Assembly: GCA_951406725.2 (NCBI GenBank)
Contig: OX597833.1
Span: forward strand, 20,894,001-20,958,000
Source of the DNA: Octopus vulgaris
Taxonomy: Eukaryota
DNA: 64,000 nt
Direction: 5' to 3'
Below, in pieces: positions 24,408-38,331 of the stretch (position 1 is its first letter; each line of letters starts with the position of its first letter). The position numbers and the translations under genes were made by a program. Below the pieces are notes generated by a model, which saw only the letters and a list, made by a program, of their open reading frames with translations, had not been told where the DNA came from and made no database searches.

Positions 24408-24954
24408 CAATTACTAGTAATACAGAGATCAGTTATACAGTATATTTGGTTTAAGTTTGTCCAGCACACATCTCTGCTGCATAGTAAACCAGCAATTACA
24501 TTTCATTCAGTTATTTTCAACTGGTTAGCAGTCTATGCAACTTTATTCAATGACCATCCACAGATGAGATCCAAAATGAACTAAGTGTATATGTGCTTTG
24601 CTAATGTGGTTTTGCTAGGTTTTCATAGTTTTTGAGAGGAAAGAATGTGAGGGGAAGATTTAGAAATTTGATATGGCTATAAAACCGTATGATAGTTTTT
24701 ATAGCCACATCAAGTTTCCAAATCTCCCTTTCACATTTTTTCTCTCAAAACTATAAAACCTAGCAGAATAACATTAATCAAACCTACATACACTTACTTT
24801 GCATTGGACACATCAGTGGATGGTCCTTGAATAAAGTTGCATAGACAGCTAACTAGCCAAAAATTGTGGGATGCAAATAGAATTGCTAGTTTCCTATGAA
24901 GTAGAAATGTGCTTTGGGCACATTTAAATCAAATGTTCATATTGGAATGCATCT

Positions 24955-25333
24955 TTACCCTTTACTCTTTTACTTGTTTCAGTCATTTGACTGCAGCCAT
25001 GCTGGAGCACCACCTTTAGCCGAGCAAATCGACCCCAGGACTTATTCTTTGTAAGCCTAGTACTTATTCTATCGGTCTCTTTTGCCAAACGGGGGATGTA
25101 AAACACCAGCATCAGTTGTCAAGCGATGTTGGGGGGGGGGGAGCACAGACACACAAACATATACACACACATACATATATATACACATATATACCACAGG
25201 CTTCTTTCAGTTTCCATCTACCAAATCTTCTCACAAGGCTTTGGTTTGCCCAAGGCTATAGTATAAGACACTTGCCCAAGGTTCCACGCAGTGGGAACGA
25301 ACCCGAAACCCTGTGGTTGGTAAGCAAGCTTCT
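24955..25333 (-). mobile_element. SINE family A
   Basis: Same head, body and tail as other copies. Confidence 0.85.
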
Positions 25334-25620
25334 TACCATACAGCCACTCCTGTTACTATGACTGTAGAAATGAGAAAAATACACAGATGTATTAATCTTT
25401 GTATTTATTTTAATTGTCTTGGATACACACTCGGTAAAATATTTGTAATTCAGTGATGTGAACCCAGGATTTCTCTATTGGATGAATTGCAGTGAGATCG
25501 CTTACCTTGAGTAATCCTAGGTGCTCCTAACAACTTGATGCAGTTGACCAGAACCCAGAATACAACTGAGTGCTCATACAGTACCTGCCTCAATAATAAA
25601 TCCCTATCTATATTTATTCA

Positions 25621-25657
<37 letters not shown>

Positions 25658-27079
25658 AATAATATATATATATACATGTGCATATTTGGTGCCTATATAT
25701 ATTTATTTAAGTAGTTTGACTTTAGAGACACCTTACAGCATGTGGTTTTATTTATTATATAAATATGTGTGTGTGTGTACATATATGTAAGTACGTATAT
25801 ATATGTTCATTTCCTCAAATTTGAATAACACTTGCGTTTAACTCCATTTATATATATATATAGGTATATGTATGGCTTAAGAACTGGTATTGGTGTGTTT
25901 ACTTAGCTATTCAGCAAAAGTGACTGATAAAATAAGTACCAGTTGCAAAAATCGGGGTCGATTCCTTCAACTAAAATTCTTCAAGGTGGTGCCCCAGCAT
26001 GGCCGCAGTGTAATGACTGAAACAAGCAAAAGATAAAAGATACAAAGGGCTTCCACACAGTTTCCATCTACCAAATTCACTCACAAGGCACTGATCAGCC
26101 CGGAGATAGGATATTGTAGACAACACTTATCCAAGAATACCACGCAGTGGGACTGAACCCGAAACCACATGGTTGTACAATGAGCTTCTTAACCACACAG
26201 CCAAGTCTACACCATGCCTAGCTGTCTGCTCAATCTAGGCAAATCAATATCTTTTGGTCACAATGGACCAAACTATCTTTGTCTGACCTTCAGTTTCATA
26301 CATAATTCGAGGGAGTTACCACTCTAGCTAGTGTCTCTGTTGCTTCTAAAGCAATTACAGTGTTCATTGCTGGAACAAAAGACTAGTTTGTTTTGCTTTT
26401 GGTCTGCTTTCTCTGTTTTTTTTTGTTTTTTTGTTTTTGTTTTTTATAGCACCATCTGTGAAACATCAAATGAATGCAATTAATTTTAAAAATAATAATA
26501 ATAAGAAAAAGAAGAATGTCATAATTTAGCAATGAACAGTGTGTGTGTGTATGTGTGTGTGTGAAGGTGTAAATGAACACATTAGTTGGAGCACCAAAAT
26601 TTTTCCTCTTCAGCCTCTTCATCATTATCGCTGCAATTGTCATCATTCTCATCATCATCGTAAACATCATCATGACCATCACCACCACCACCACCATCAC
26701 CACTACCAACATCACCACCACCATCACCACCACTACCAACATCACCACAACCATCACCACCACCACAACCATCACCACAACCATCACCAATACCACCACC
26801 ACCACTAACATCAACACCACCACAACCATCACCACCACCACCACCATCACCATCATCATCGACAGCATCAGTAACAACAAAGATGAAGCTGATGCTTTCT
26901 TCATATACTTGAGCGATGTAAAGCCAACAAGGGAACATCTATAAAATGAATTTTGTCTGCAAGAAATAGTAACCAAATCCCTCTCAAATTATATCCAGCA
27001 GTCTTAGAAAAAAAAGAAAAAGAAACAAAAACAATGCACTGGGTGGTTCAAAGTATATTGGAAAATAAAAGGTGATAGG

Positions 27080-27485
27080 TATAGGTGTGGCTGTGTGGGA
27101 AGAAGCTTGCTTCCTAACCACATGGTTGTGGATTCAGTCCCACTGTGTGACACTTTGGTCAAGTATCTTCTACTATAACCTTGTGATGGCCAGACCCTTG
27201 TAAGTTGATTTGGTAGATGGAAACTGAAAGAAGCCTATTGTATATAGTTATCCATAAATATCTACATGTGTGTGTCTTTGAGTGTGTCTTTGTCCCCACA
27301 TCACTGGTGTTGGTGTGTTTGCGTCCCCATAACTTAGTGGTTCAGCAAAAGTGATCGAAACAATAAATGCTAGGCTTAAAAAAAGTCCTGGGGTTGATGA
27401 TTTGTTAGACTAAAAACCTGCAAGGCGGTGCCCCAGCATGGCCACGGTCAGATGAGTGAAACAAGTAAAAGATAAAAGAGAAAAG
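27080..27485 (+). mobile_element. SINE family A (diverged)
   Basis: Head GGTGTGGCTGTGTGG...TTCAGTCCCACTG, tail GAAACAAGTAAAAGATAAAAGA. Confidence 0.8.
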
Positions 27486-27831
27486 ATGGTTAGCATGGCT
27501 TTAGTTTTAGGGTTTACTCAATCAGTACTAGTGCTAATGGATAATAGTAGTGTGGGTATAATAGCTAATCCCACCAAATATTATGTAGACATGATTACCT
27601 CCCTTATACACACTAACCACCAGAGAACCCCAAGATTGATTGTGTGGAAAGACAGTTGCTTCCCAACCATGTGATACGGGTAAAGCCAGAAAGTAAAATG
27701 GCATGATCAGGCACAAACTTTGATCATGTGACCACAACAGTACCAACTATAAGCATGCATGCACAGAAGGCAGCGTGACAATAACAAAGATATGTTATGG
27801 CAAAAGTACGGATAATTTTTGTTTTCCCCTC

Positions 27832-27893
<62 letters not shown>

Positions 27894-27923
27894 TATATAT
27901 ATTATAAATATATATATATAAGT

Positions 27924-27967
<44 letters not shown>

Positions 27968-27979
27968 CATATATATACA

Positions 27980-29230
27980 CAAGGTGTGATGGGTAAATTG
28001 TTGCCTTTTTTAATTTTTTTTAATTTCCCGCATGCACATTGATTTTAATTTTGCTGACAACACAATATAGTAGGGTCAGTCGGGTACTGTCTGTGAGAAA
28101 AATAGCATCTTGATGCAATTCACTCTGTTAGAAATTTGGAAGTGACATGCTATACTGATTGGCATTCATGCCGGAAGCTCCAATATGAACATTTCAGAGT
28201 GTTTGGGTGTCAATCTGAGGACAGTGCAGAGTGCAGAGGATTTGAAAAGCGTTGGATGAGTCTAATGGTGACTTCAAAGGTACTGCAGCTCAAAGAACTC
28301 ACTCTGATCATTCTGATAAGAAAGGAACTCCTGAATTTGTTGGTGAGATCCAGGTCATGATTGTAAATGATCCCTCCAAGTCAATCAGGTCCATCACCAA
28401 AGACGTGGGAGTGTCTGAGTTTCTTAACATGCAGGTAGTGCATGAAGACATTCAGCATTCCTCATACAAGATGAGGGCCAATTTTTATTCCATGCCATCA
28501 AGGACAAGACAAAAGACCGCACTGTGAAGTTTTTGAGCAAACTCAAGCATCCCCTCCAACAAAACATGCTTTGGTTTTTCTCAGGTAAGAAAAAATTCTG
28601 CCAGGATCAGATAGTGAACACACAGAAAATCCAGTCAACATCATGGGGTTGGAGTGATCACTAGTGATGGCAACGTTATGCCTCCATTCATCTTCCCACA
28701 TGACCTAAGGCTCAACACAGAGGTCTTCATCAAAAGTCCGGAGAAGGTAGTGCTGCCCAGGATCAACAGGGTGGCTGCTGGAAGACCCTATGTCTGGCAA
28801 CAGGATTCTGCACCATGTCACACAAGCAGGAAGACCCAGTCATGGCTGTCAGACAATTTCTGTGACCACATCACCCCTAACATCTGGCCACCTAACTTCC
28901 CAGACTGCAACTCCCATGATTATTATGTGTGATGTGCAGCTGAGTGAGAGAGCAACAAAACTCCTTGTAACACCAAAGAAGAACTGAAGGCAAGGATTAT
29001 GGCAGCAGTCACCAACTTAAACAAAGAAACCATTCAGAAAAGCTGCAGGAGATTCTGAAGTCATCTGGAGACCATGGTTGAAGCAAATGGTAATTTTATT
29101 GAATAAATTTACTCTTTAGTATTTCAAGAATTTTTTTATCTAATTTTGGTAAATATATCTGTTAAAATGAGATGTCAGTGTTATTTTCATTTTTGCATAA
29201 CTTAGATGACAATCTATTCACCACACCCTG
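27980..29230 (+). mobile_element. Degenerate DD37D (maT-type) Tc1/mariner element
   Basis: QQDSAPCH...WPPNFPDCNSHDY with 37 residues between the Asps. Imperfect TIRs CA(A/G)GGTGTG. A 5' fragment copy lies at 19028-19245. Confidence 0.88.
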
Positions 29231-29497
29231 TATGTGTGTGTGCGTGCATCTGTGTGTATGTGATCACTGCTTGACAACCAGTGTTGCTGCCTTTACATCC
29301 CCATAACTTCGCGGTTCAGGAAAAGAAACTGAGAGAATAAGTACTGGGCTTCAAATGTAAGTCCTGGGGGTCAATATGTGGCATTAAAACCCTTGAAGGC
29401 AGTGCTCCAGCTTGGCCACAGTAAAATGACTGAAACAAATACAAGAATAAAAGTATACCTACATGCAGGTATGTATATATGTATGTATGTATGTATG

Positions 29498-29528
<31 letters not shown>

Positions 29529-30737
29529 GTGTTTGTTTGTGTTTCCATATATGATTGCTGTAAATGGATCTAATTCATTTCTAATATTCTGCTAAAACCT
29601 GTCTGACCATAGGGAAATATTACCTTGCTTGGAAACAGATGTAAAGTACTGAGTCACAATATAGATATTAAATTTCTAAATTTAAAATTCAAAATAAAAA
29701 AGATGTCAGACATACCTTAACCAATTGGGCATTACCAGAGGTTGAATAACAATTATTCATTAGTAATTGCTTTATTACAGGAGAATTAGTCGAAACAATT
29801 GTGGTTATGTAGAGACAGACGATGTAAACAAACTTCATTAACCTGTCAGGTTAATGGAATCTTACTGAAAGACTAAATATATTTATGTTTTGCATCTAAT
29901 TATTAATTCATTGTACTTATCTATTAGACTATCTTTATGCTTGAGTATTTCTAGTGCTTCTAGTGAGCATAAGTTGCATTTACTTCTCCCATCTATGTCG
30001 GGAGAAGTCACTGTAAACATAAACCAAGGTGTTTGTAGTTCTTTTATCATTTACTCGTTTCAAGCATCAGACTGTGGTCATACTGGGGCAATACTTTGAA
30101 GAATTTTAGTCAAATGAATTGACACTAAGACTTATACATTTTCAGCCTGGTACTAATTCTATTAGTCACTTTTGCCAAACAGCTAAGTTACGGGGATATA
30201 AATACAGCAACAATGGCTATCAGGTGAAGGTGGAGGACAAACACACATAAATATACATATGTATATGACAGGCTTCTTTCAGGTTTTGTCTACCAAATCT
30301 ATTCACAAGACTTTGGTCAGCCTGAGGTTTTAGTAGCAGACACTTGCCCAAGCTACCACACAGTGTGACTGAACCTGGAACCATGTAATTGGGAAACAAA
30401 CTTCTTACAACACAGCCACACCTCGATTTCTTTTTCCATTCCTTTCTTCAATTCTTTAAATTCTGTGTTAATTCAGCCAATGAGACATTATTCTGCTTAT
30501 GTGGGTTCTTGAAAAAGAATGCAACATCATCATCCTCATTTAACGTCCTTTCTCCATGCTAGCATGGGTTGGAGAATTTGACAGATGCTGACATGTAACT
30601 GGCACCCACAACACTCTCAGAGTGGTTAGTGGTTAGTGATAGGAAGCTGTATCCAGCTGTAGAAACCAAGCCAAAATCAGACTGGAACATGGTGCAGCTC
30701 TCCAGTTTACCAGTTCCAATCAAACCGTCTAACCCAA

Positions 30738-30970
30738 GGTGGCAAGCTGGCAGAAATGTTAGCGTGCCAGGCGAGATGCTTAGCGGTATTTTGTCAGCCG
30801 TTACGTTCTGAGTTCAAATTCCGCCAAGGTCGACTTTGCCTTTCATCTTTTCGGGGTCGATAAACTGAGTACCAGTTATACACTGGGGTCGATGTAATCG
30901 ACTTAATCCCTTTGTCTGTCCTTGTTTGTCCCCTCTATGTTTAACCTCTTGCGGGCAATAAAGAAATAAG
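30738..30970 (+). mobile_element. SINE family B inserted within an RTE 3' tail
   Basis: The RTE tail sequence resumes after the element (aaccgtctaaccca / aaccatctaactca duplication). Confidence 0.8.
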
Positions 30971-31489
30971 TAACCATCTAACTCATGCCAACATGGAAAG
31001 CAGACGATAAATGATGATGATGATAACGATATATCTGGGTGTGTGTCATTCTAGATACCACCACCACCATTGGACAACTAATATTAGTTTTGTTTATGCC
31101 CCCCACCCCATAACATAGTGGTTCAGTAAAAGAGACTTAAACCAAAATATGTACAGGGGTCGATTTATCTGACTAAACCAGCCAAAGCAATGATCCAGCA
31201 TGGCCAGTGACTGAAGTGAGTAAAAGATATAAGATAAAAGACACAAGCAATACTGAAATTGCTTCTGTCTAGTAGATAAATATTTTCTGGAAAGAAAAAC
31301 CACAGCCATTATAAGATACTCAGTAAGCATTCTGCTAAATTGTACACTAAATTTTCCAGCAGAAAAAGCAAATATTAATAGCAAAAATGTGGCACTGAAG
31401 CAGAGTTTAATTAATATATCCTCTCTGTATCCTAATATAAATACAGAGTCAAAGATCAAGTTATTGCTCTGTGTGTGTGTGTCTGTTTA

Positions 31490-31686
31490 TACACACACAC
31501 ACACATATATATACACACACACACACACATATATACACACACACACACACACACATATATACACACACACACACACACACATATATACACACACACACAC
31601 ACACATATATACACACACACACACACACATATATACACACACACACACACACATATATACACACACATATATATATATATATATAT
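31490..31686. repeat. Compound (CA)n(TA)n tandem array with ~24-26-bp period
   Basis: Direct inspection. Confidence 0.9.
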
Positions 31687-31759
31687 GGATTTTGGAATGG
31701 TCATTTTTTTGTCAAATGCCAAATCTTGCAACACAAATTCATAAACATATATATCTATG

Positions 31760-31799
<40 letters not shown>

Positions 31800-32826
31800 A
31801 TGATAATATTATCATTTATATATATTATGTGTGTGTGTGTATGCATGTATAGTAGAACAAGAAATAGAAAGACCTTGGTACAGTATTATATATTCAAAAA
31901 GATAAATAGAAATGACTTTTCTCATAATTTTAATTATTAAAGTGGAAAAATTATCAGAAAAGCCATTTCTATTCATTTTTTCAAGTATATATATATATAT
32001 ATATCTGCATATATACATACATATATGTACATACCTACATATATATGTATATAAACATGCATATATGGGTACAGGACATATAAAAAAATGTAGACAAAAG
32101 GAGAAACAAGAACATAAAAAACAAAAAAAATAGAAAATGAAAATTTTTCAAACAGTGAAAGAAACAAACAGAGAAATGAGACAGGCAACATAAAGAAATT
32201 CCCTTCATCAGTTGTCCCCTATTTTATCTACTCCATGCTTCGAAATTAGGGACAAGATGCAACTTCGTTAAAACAATCCTTCCCACAAAGCAAATTAAAT
32301 AAAATTTGGGTTTTTTTGCGGATGGTGAAAGTGGTAACAAAAACAGGACAGTGAGAACAAAACAGTGAGGGCTGTTAAGCCAAGACGATGTGAAGTGGTG
32401 AACGCTGGAAAAACAAGCTTTGAGAAGAAACAGGTAATAGCACATCTTGTCTTTAGGAAGGAAGTGGAAAAAGCAACAAGAGTCAAGGAGGAAGTGTGAG
32501 AGAGAGAGAGAGAGAGGGAACAGTAAAGGGGAGAATATACATATATATTTACATATATATATACATACACACACATATATTATTCTCAACCAAGAATCTT
32601 GTTGACAGTGACTTCAAAGGGTTGATCAGTTGACCCATCATCCAACAATGGCTTAGTTGGCTGAAACTTTGAAGTCACTGTCAACAAGATTCTTGTTTAA
32701 GAATAATAAATTTGTACTCTACAAAAATATAGAGTAACCCATAAGATTAATGTAAAATTGTTTTTATTGTAACTGAATATAAAACAAACATTAATATAAA
32801 TATCAATATATATATATATATATATA

Positions 32827-33748
32827 GGGTCATCCCATAAATAATGCAGCTTTTTCAATTGTATGAACTAAAAGTCAGAGGGGGATGGGATAAACTACCT
32901 GCATCAACTTGCTATAAAAGCAGGTAGTAATTTTACCTTCTTCTAATTCTTAGTGCAAGTTTTGAAGAGTGCAGTTCAATTTTAACAATTTTATTTTTTT
33001 CAAAGCTATAATGGAAGTGACAAAGGAGCATATTTGGCATATTTTGCTTTATGAATTCAATAACGATAACAATGGAAGAGAAAGTGCGAGGAATATTAAT
33101 GCAGTGTATGAGGATAGGATAATAAGTGTAAGCCGGTGCCAACGGTGTTTCCAGAAATTCCGAGCCGGAAACTACAACCTAGAAGATAAGCCTCATCCTG
33201 GAAGATCTGTAGAGCTCAACGAGGACATCCTGCAAAACCCTGGTGAAACAAAATCTTCTCGTAACTGTTGAAGAACCAACAGAGAAGATTGGATTTGGTG
33301 AGTCAAACCATTCACTGACACCTGCGCTAGGAAGAAAACGACCATCTTTGGTTTCAAGATGGAAGGTGTTCTTCCATCAGGATAATGGTTGGCCACATAC
33401 AGCGAGGATGACATTACAAAGGCTGGAGCAGTTTGAATGGGAAACGATGCCCCAGTCATCATATTCACTGGACATTGCCCCATCTGATTATCATTTATTC
33501 AGCAGTCTTCAAAATCATTTGGACAGAAAAAATAGGAATTCTGTAGATGAGGTCAGAACAGTACTAGAGGAGTATTTTGCATCACAGACAAGTGAATTTT
33601 GGAAGAGGGGCCTTGCAAGACTACCAGATAGATTGAAGAGAATTGTAGAAAATGAAAGAGAGTATATTTCAGATTAGAAAAGAACTTTGTTTATCTTAAT
33701 TTTGAAAAATTAAAGACATATAAAAAAAAATGCATTAATGGGATGACC

Positions 33749-33750
<2 letters not shown>
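32827..33750 (+). mobile_element. Internally deleted mariner (DD34D) in (TA)n
   Basis: TIRs GGGTCATCCCAT.. / ..ATGGGATGACCC. HTH fragment MEVTKEHIWHILLYEF...KFRAGNYNLEDKPHPGR; catalytic fragment HQDNGWPH...YSLDIAPSDYHLF. Confidence 0.92.
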
Positions 33751-33785
<35 letters not shown>

Positions 33786-35054
33786 GAGAGAGAGAGGGGG
33801 GTTGCTGATAGACCATTTACTTAGCACTGACTTGAACCAACATGTCTCATGGATTTGCTGTGTTAAAAACATAATGAATATCAGACAAATGAAAATTCAT
33901 CCCAATAGTGACCAATGTAAGCACCAAATGCATCTCAACCTTCAGGAGCCTTTTTGAGGACAAACGCTGCAGCAGATGGACAATCAACACTGCATATACA
34001 TTATGTATCATATGTAGATGGCTATGTTAATATCAAAAACCTCAGACTGCAAACTGTTTTAAATGCTTCTTGTCTGTGGAGTTATTTTAACCTCATAAAA
34101 TGTCCTTTAGATAATTTATGACTTTTGAATTCCATAGCTCTGTGTGTGAATTTATTCCTAGCAAATGACTGAATTTCTAAAGAATATGATGGACTGAATG
34201 AGAATCTTTTGAAATTAATTTATAATCGGCATAGGCATACTTTTAGAGATCTTGGAAGTCGTTCTGATACAATATTATCTAAATATATTTGAAATTTGAA
34301 AAATAATATTAGAAACCTTAAAATTATTTCAAATATATCAGAATATACGAAACCTTATACTCCAAGAACAATGGCTGCAGTCTTTGTATTCTATCTAAAC
34401 TAACGTGTTTTTGTTGTTATAAACTGAAAATTACATTCAAATATTTCAAAATGCTTATGTTCAAATGTCATTTAGTACTGTATAATTCTGTTTAATGCTT
34501 CTAACTTATCAAATGTCTTTCTTTTGTTCACATACAGGTTACGTTCAATATTTGTTTATTTTGTACAGAAATAAATTTTTTTGTCGTTCTCTTTCATTTC
34601 TACCACCATCGTTAAAGAATTAATGGCAGGAAACTAAGAGCTGCATTTTGAGAAGTTTCAACTTCGAATAAGTATCCAGTTTCTGCACAATACACTCTAT
34701 TCTGTGGAATAACATCAGCTTACAAGATTGTAAAACCATTTCTGTACTAGACATTTATTGCTAAGTTTCCTATAACAGACAAAATATATTATCCAACAGT
34801 AGGCAATTTGTCATTTTCCTCTCCATAGTGCTATAGAAAATGGAGTTATTCTTTATCTCTATTGGAACTACAGCAGTTCAGTTCATTAATTGTTACACTA
34901 AACATCATCACCACAGCAACAACACTTCTGTGTTGGAGCTGAATAGTTGTTAAATTTGTTTGAGACAAATTGGATCCGTGTATGAGAGTATGGGAGCCTT
35001 CACAAAACATTACAATTTTCATTGTGACAATACATGTATAACATTGCCAAAATA

Positions 35055-35270
35055 GGCGGCGAGCTGGTAGAAACGTTAGCACGCCGGGCGAAATACTGCT
35101 AAGTATTTCGCCTGCGGTTACGTTCTGAGTTCAAATTCCGCCAAGGTCGACTTTGCCTTTCATCCTTTCGGGGTCGATTAAATAAGTACCAGTTACACAC
35201 TGGAGTCGATATAATCGACTTAATCCGTTTGTCCCCTCTGTGTTTAGCCCCTTGTGGGTAGTAAAGAAAG
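35055..35270 (+). mobile_element. SINE family B
   Basis: Matches other copies. Confidence 0.82.
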
Positions 35271-36557
35271 AGTATAACATTGCCAGAATTGTGGCCCACA
35301 GAGTAATCTTGCTCTTTCTCTCTCTCAACCCCTCTTGCTTTCTCTCTCTCTCCTTCTCCCCCTCTCTCTCAACCGTTTTTGCTTTCTCTCTCCCTCTCTC
35401 TCAACCTTCCGACTTTTTCTCTTTCCTTCTCCCCCACTTCCTCTTCTAAGTCACCCAAATGCTTCAGCAGTGATCAATGCCATTCAAGAATTTGGACCTG
35501 GAGATCTCCATTTCCAGCGACTTCGAGGGCCACCTCCCAGTGGTGTCGGGCGTCAACAAAGAGCCCTCGACTACAACAAGACGACCAAAGTTTTTTCTTT
35601 TTTCCAAGGTCTGGGGTATCAAGCCCCTAAGCCCTAGGCCATCACCTAATCACCCTTACCCATCTTGTTGCTTAACAACAACAACAGCAGCGATCAATTA
35701 CTGACCTACAAAGCTCAGTTATTTTCCCCACATTGGTGTAACTATCACTCATTTGAAACATGGATAAGTCTGCTACACACATACAAACAAATTTATCCAT
35801 ATTGGCCAAAATCTTAAAAGAAAAACCCAACAAAAACAAAAAAAGGCTATTAAGCTGATTGGTAAATACTCACCAAGACAAGAAGAGAGCATTAAACTTA
35901 TAACTCAGCCTTCTGGTAACAACAGTCCAATACCCTCAGATCACAAACTTACCATCTTAAAAAATGCAAAGGATACACTGAACATCCAGCCTTATGCTTA
36001 AGAGTTCAAATACTGCCAAGGCCAATGTTACCTTTCATCCTTTCATGGTCAATAAAATAAGTCCTAGTCAAGCACTGGGCTTGATGTAATCAACTAGCCC
36101 CACTCCCCCAGATTTTCAAGCCTTGTGCCTATACTAGAAAGGATTATTATTATTATTATTGTTCTGAGTTCAAATTTCACTGAGATCCACTTTGCCTTTC
36201 ATCCTTTCAGTCCCAGTCAAGCACTGTTGATATAATTGACTAGCTCTCTCCATGCCAAAACTACTGAATGTAGTCCTTTAGCTCACCAGCAGCTGACCAA
36301 CTATTCAACCTATGCCAGTATGGAAAGCAGATGTTAAAAATTTGGTGATGATGATGATTATCATGACATAGGCCTGACGATGGGAACCCATTGTTTGTCT
36401 GTCATAATTAGGTGTTTATAATGCCTAATATCATATAAAAGACTTGTTCTTTGCAGTGTGGAGTGGTGATTTGGTAGTGCTGAGGGACATCCTCAGAGGT
36501 CTAGACTGATAAAAAAAGGATCAAGATAGCAACAACATCAAATAAATTACACTCTAC

Positions 36558-36801
36558 CTCTTTCTTCTTCTCAGCATATTCCACATGGCAAGCATTGGCA
36601 GCAGTAATTTCTTCCAGAGTATTAGGTTGAGTAGACAGTTTTTCAATGGCTTCAGTGAGGAATGTGTCAATGTGCTTGACATCAAGACTGATCTTACGTT
36701 GCAGGCAGTTGACGAGGGCATCAAACAGCTGTTGGATGAGTTCATCAATGACAATCTTCACCGGAGATGTGTTGACAGTGATGCAGCCAACTTTTACCTG
36801 G
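36558..36801 (-). CDS. DYNC2H1: DYNC2H1 exon (QVKVGCITVNTSPVKIVIDELIQQLFDAL...EEITAANACHVEYAEKKKE)
   Basis: cag/gtaga junctions, 244 nt (phase 2 to 0). Resembles VKVDCLNINCNPVKTVIDDLIQKLFD. Confidence 0.95.
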
Positions 36802-37784
36802 CTGAAGAAATCAGAAGAAAATAAATAAATTAATCAATTTACAAATAAATAAACAAACAATAGTGTGGTTGTGTGGTAAGAAGCTTGCTTTCCAACCACA
36901 TAGTTCTGGGTTTAGTCCCACTGTGTGGAACCTTGGGTAAGTGTAATCTGGTATAGCCTCAGGCCAACTAAAGTCTTGTGAGTGGATTTGGTAGACAGAA
37001 ACTGAAAAAAGCCTGTTATACATATATATGTGTGTGTGTGTGTGTGTGTGATCATTATCATCATCATCATCGTCGTCGTCTTCATCATCATTATTTTAAC
37101 ATGTGTTTAATGCTGGCATGGGTTGGACAGTTTGGCAAGGACTTAATGGGGCTGAAGGACTTCATCATGCTCCAGTGTCTGCTTTGGCATGGTTTGTATG
37201 ACAGGATGACCTTCCAAATGCCAACCATTTCAGAATGCGGACTGGGTGCTTTTCTTGAGCAACTAACACAAGTGAGGTTGCCATGCAGCTCACAAGTCTA
37301 CAAAAGCCAAGAGGTGAGGCTTTATGCTAGTAGATGAGGACTAAAGCATAACAAAAAGGTGTAGAAGAGTAGGTCCTAGCAGGGGAGTTACATGGCAACT
37401 CAGATTTAAGAGGCATTGTGTAATAGCTGCTAAGAGATACATAGTGGTGATGAGGTGTCAAGGTGGTACCTTAAGGTACCAAGTGAGTAGATATAAATAG
37501 TGGTTTCTGTCACAGGTAGAAGGCCTCAAATTTGGGCAAGAGTATATTCAATTAAATCAAGCTAAGCAGTTGACTTGACTGTTAAATTATAAATATTGGT
37601 TTCCAATTTTGGCACAAGGCCAGCAATTTCTGAGACAGTAGTAAGTTAATTATATCAACTCCAGTTCTCAACAGGTACTTATTCTGTCGACTCTGAAAGG
37701 ATGAAAGGGAAAGTAGTGCCCAGTGGTATTTGAACTTAGAACATAAAGTTGGAAGAAATTCTGCTGCTTTATAAAAACACCACT

Positions 37785-38275
37785 TCAGTCATGAATGACC
37801 ATGGGATTGCACCTAGAAAGTTCCCCTTTGAGGCACAAAACCAGGCAAAGTATGCATGGGTGACTGCAGGAAGACCAGCAGTCACCCATCCATACAAGTC
37901 TCCCTTCTCCACTATATTATATGTATATAGGGTAAAGAGTAAAGACCCCCTTTGGTCATGAATGGCCATGGGATTGCACCCAGAAAGTTCCCCTCCAAGG
38001 AACAAGTCCGAGCAAGGTTGTTTATGGAAGACCAGCAGTCATCCATGCATATCAGTCTCCCCTGTCCTTGACACTGATGTTATTCAAGGGAAAAAGCAAA
38101 GTCCGATACAGCTTGGCACCAGTGATGTCACAACTCATTTCTACAGCTGAGTGAATTGGAGCAATGTGAAATAAAGTGTCTTGCTCAAGAACACAACACA
38201 CAGCCTGGCCTGGGAATTGAACTCATTACCTCATAATTATGAGCCTGGCACTCTAACTACTGAGCCAAATGCCTT
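37785..38275 (-). mobile_element. tRNA-derived SINE with GTGTTCTTGAGCAAGACAC core and tandemly duplicated 3' part
   Basis: Related copy at 23935-24265 and fragments near 19960-20160, 47270-47410 and 59620-59770. Confidence 0.72.
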
Positions 38276-38331
38276 GTAGATTACAAATATCCATCAGAGA
38301 ATAATAATTCATGCAAATTTAGAAAGATTAC

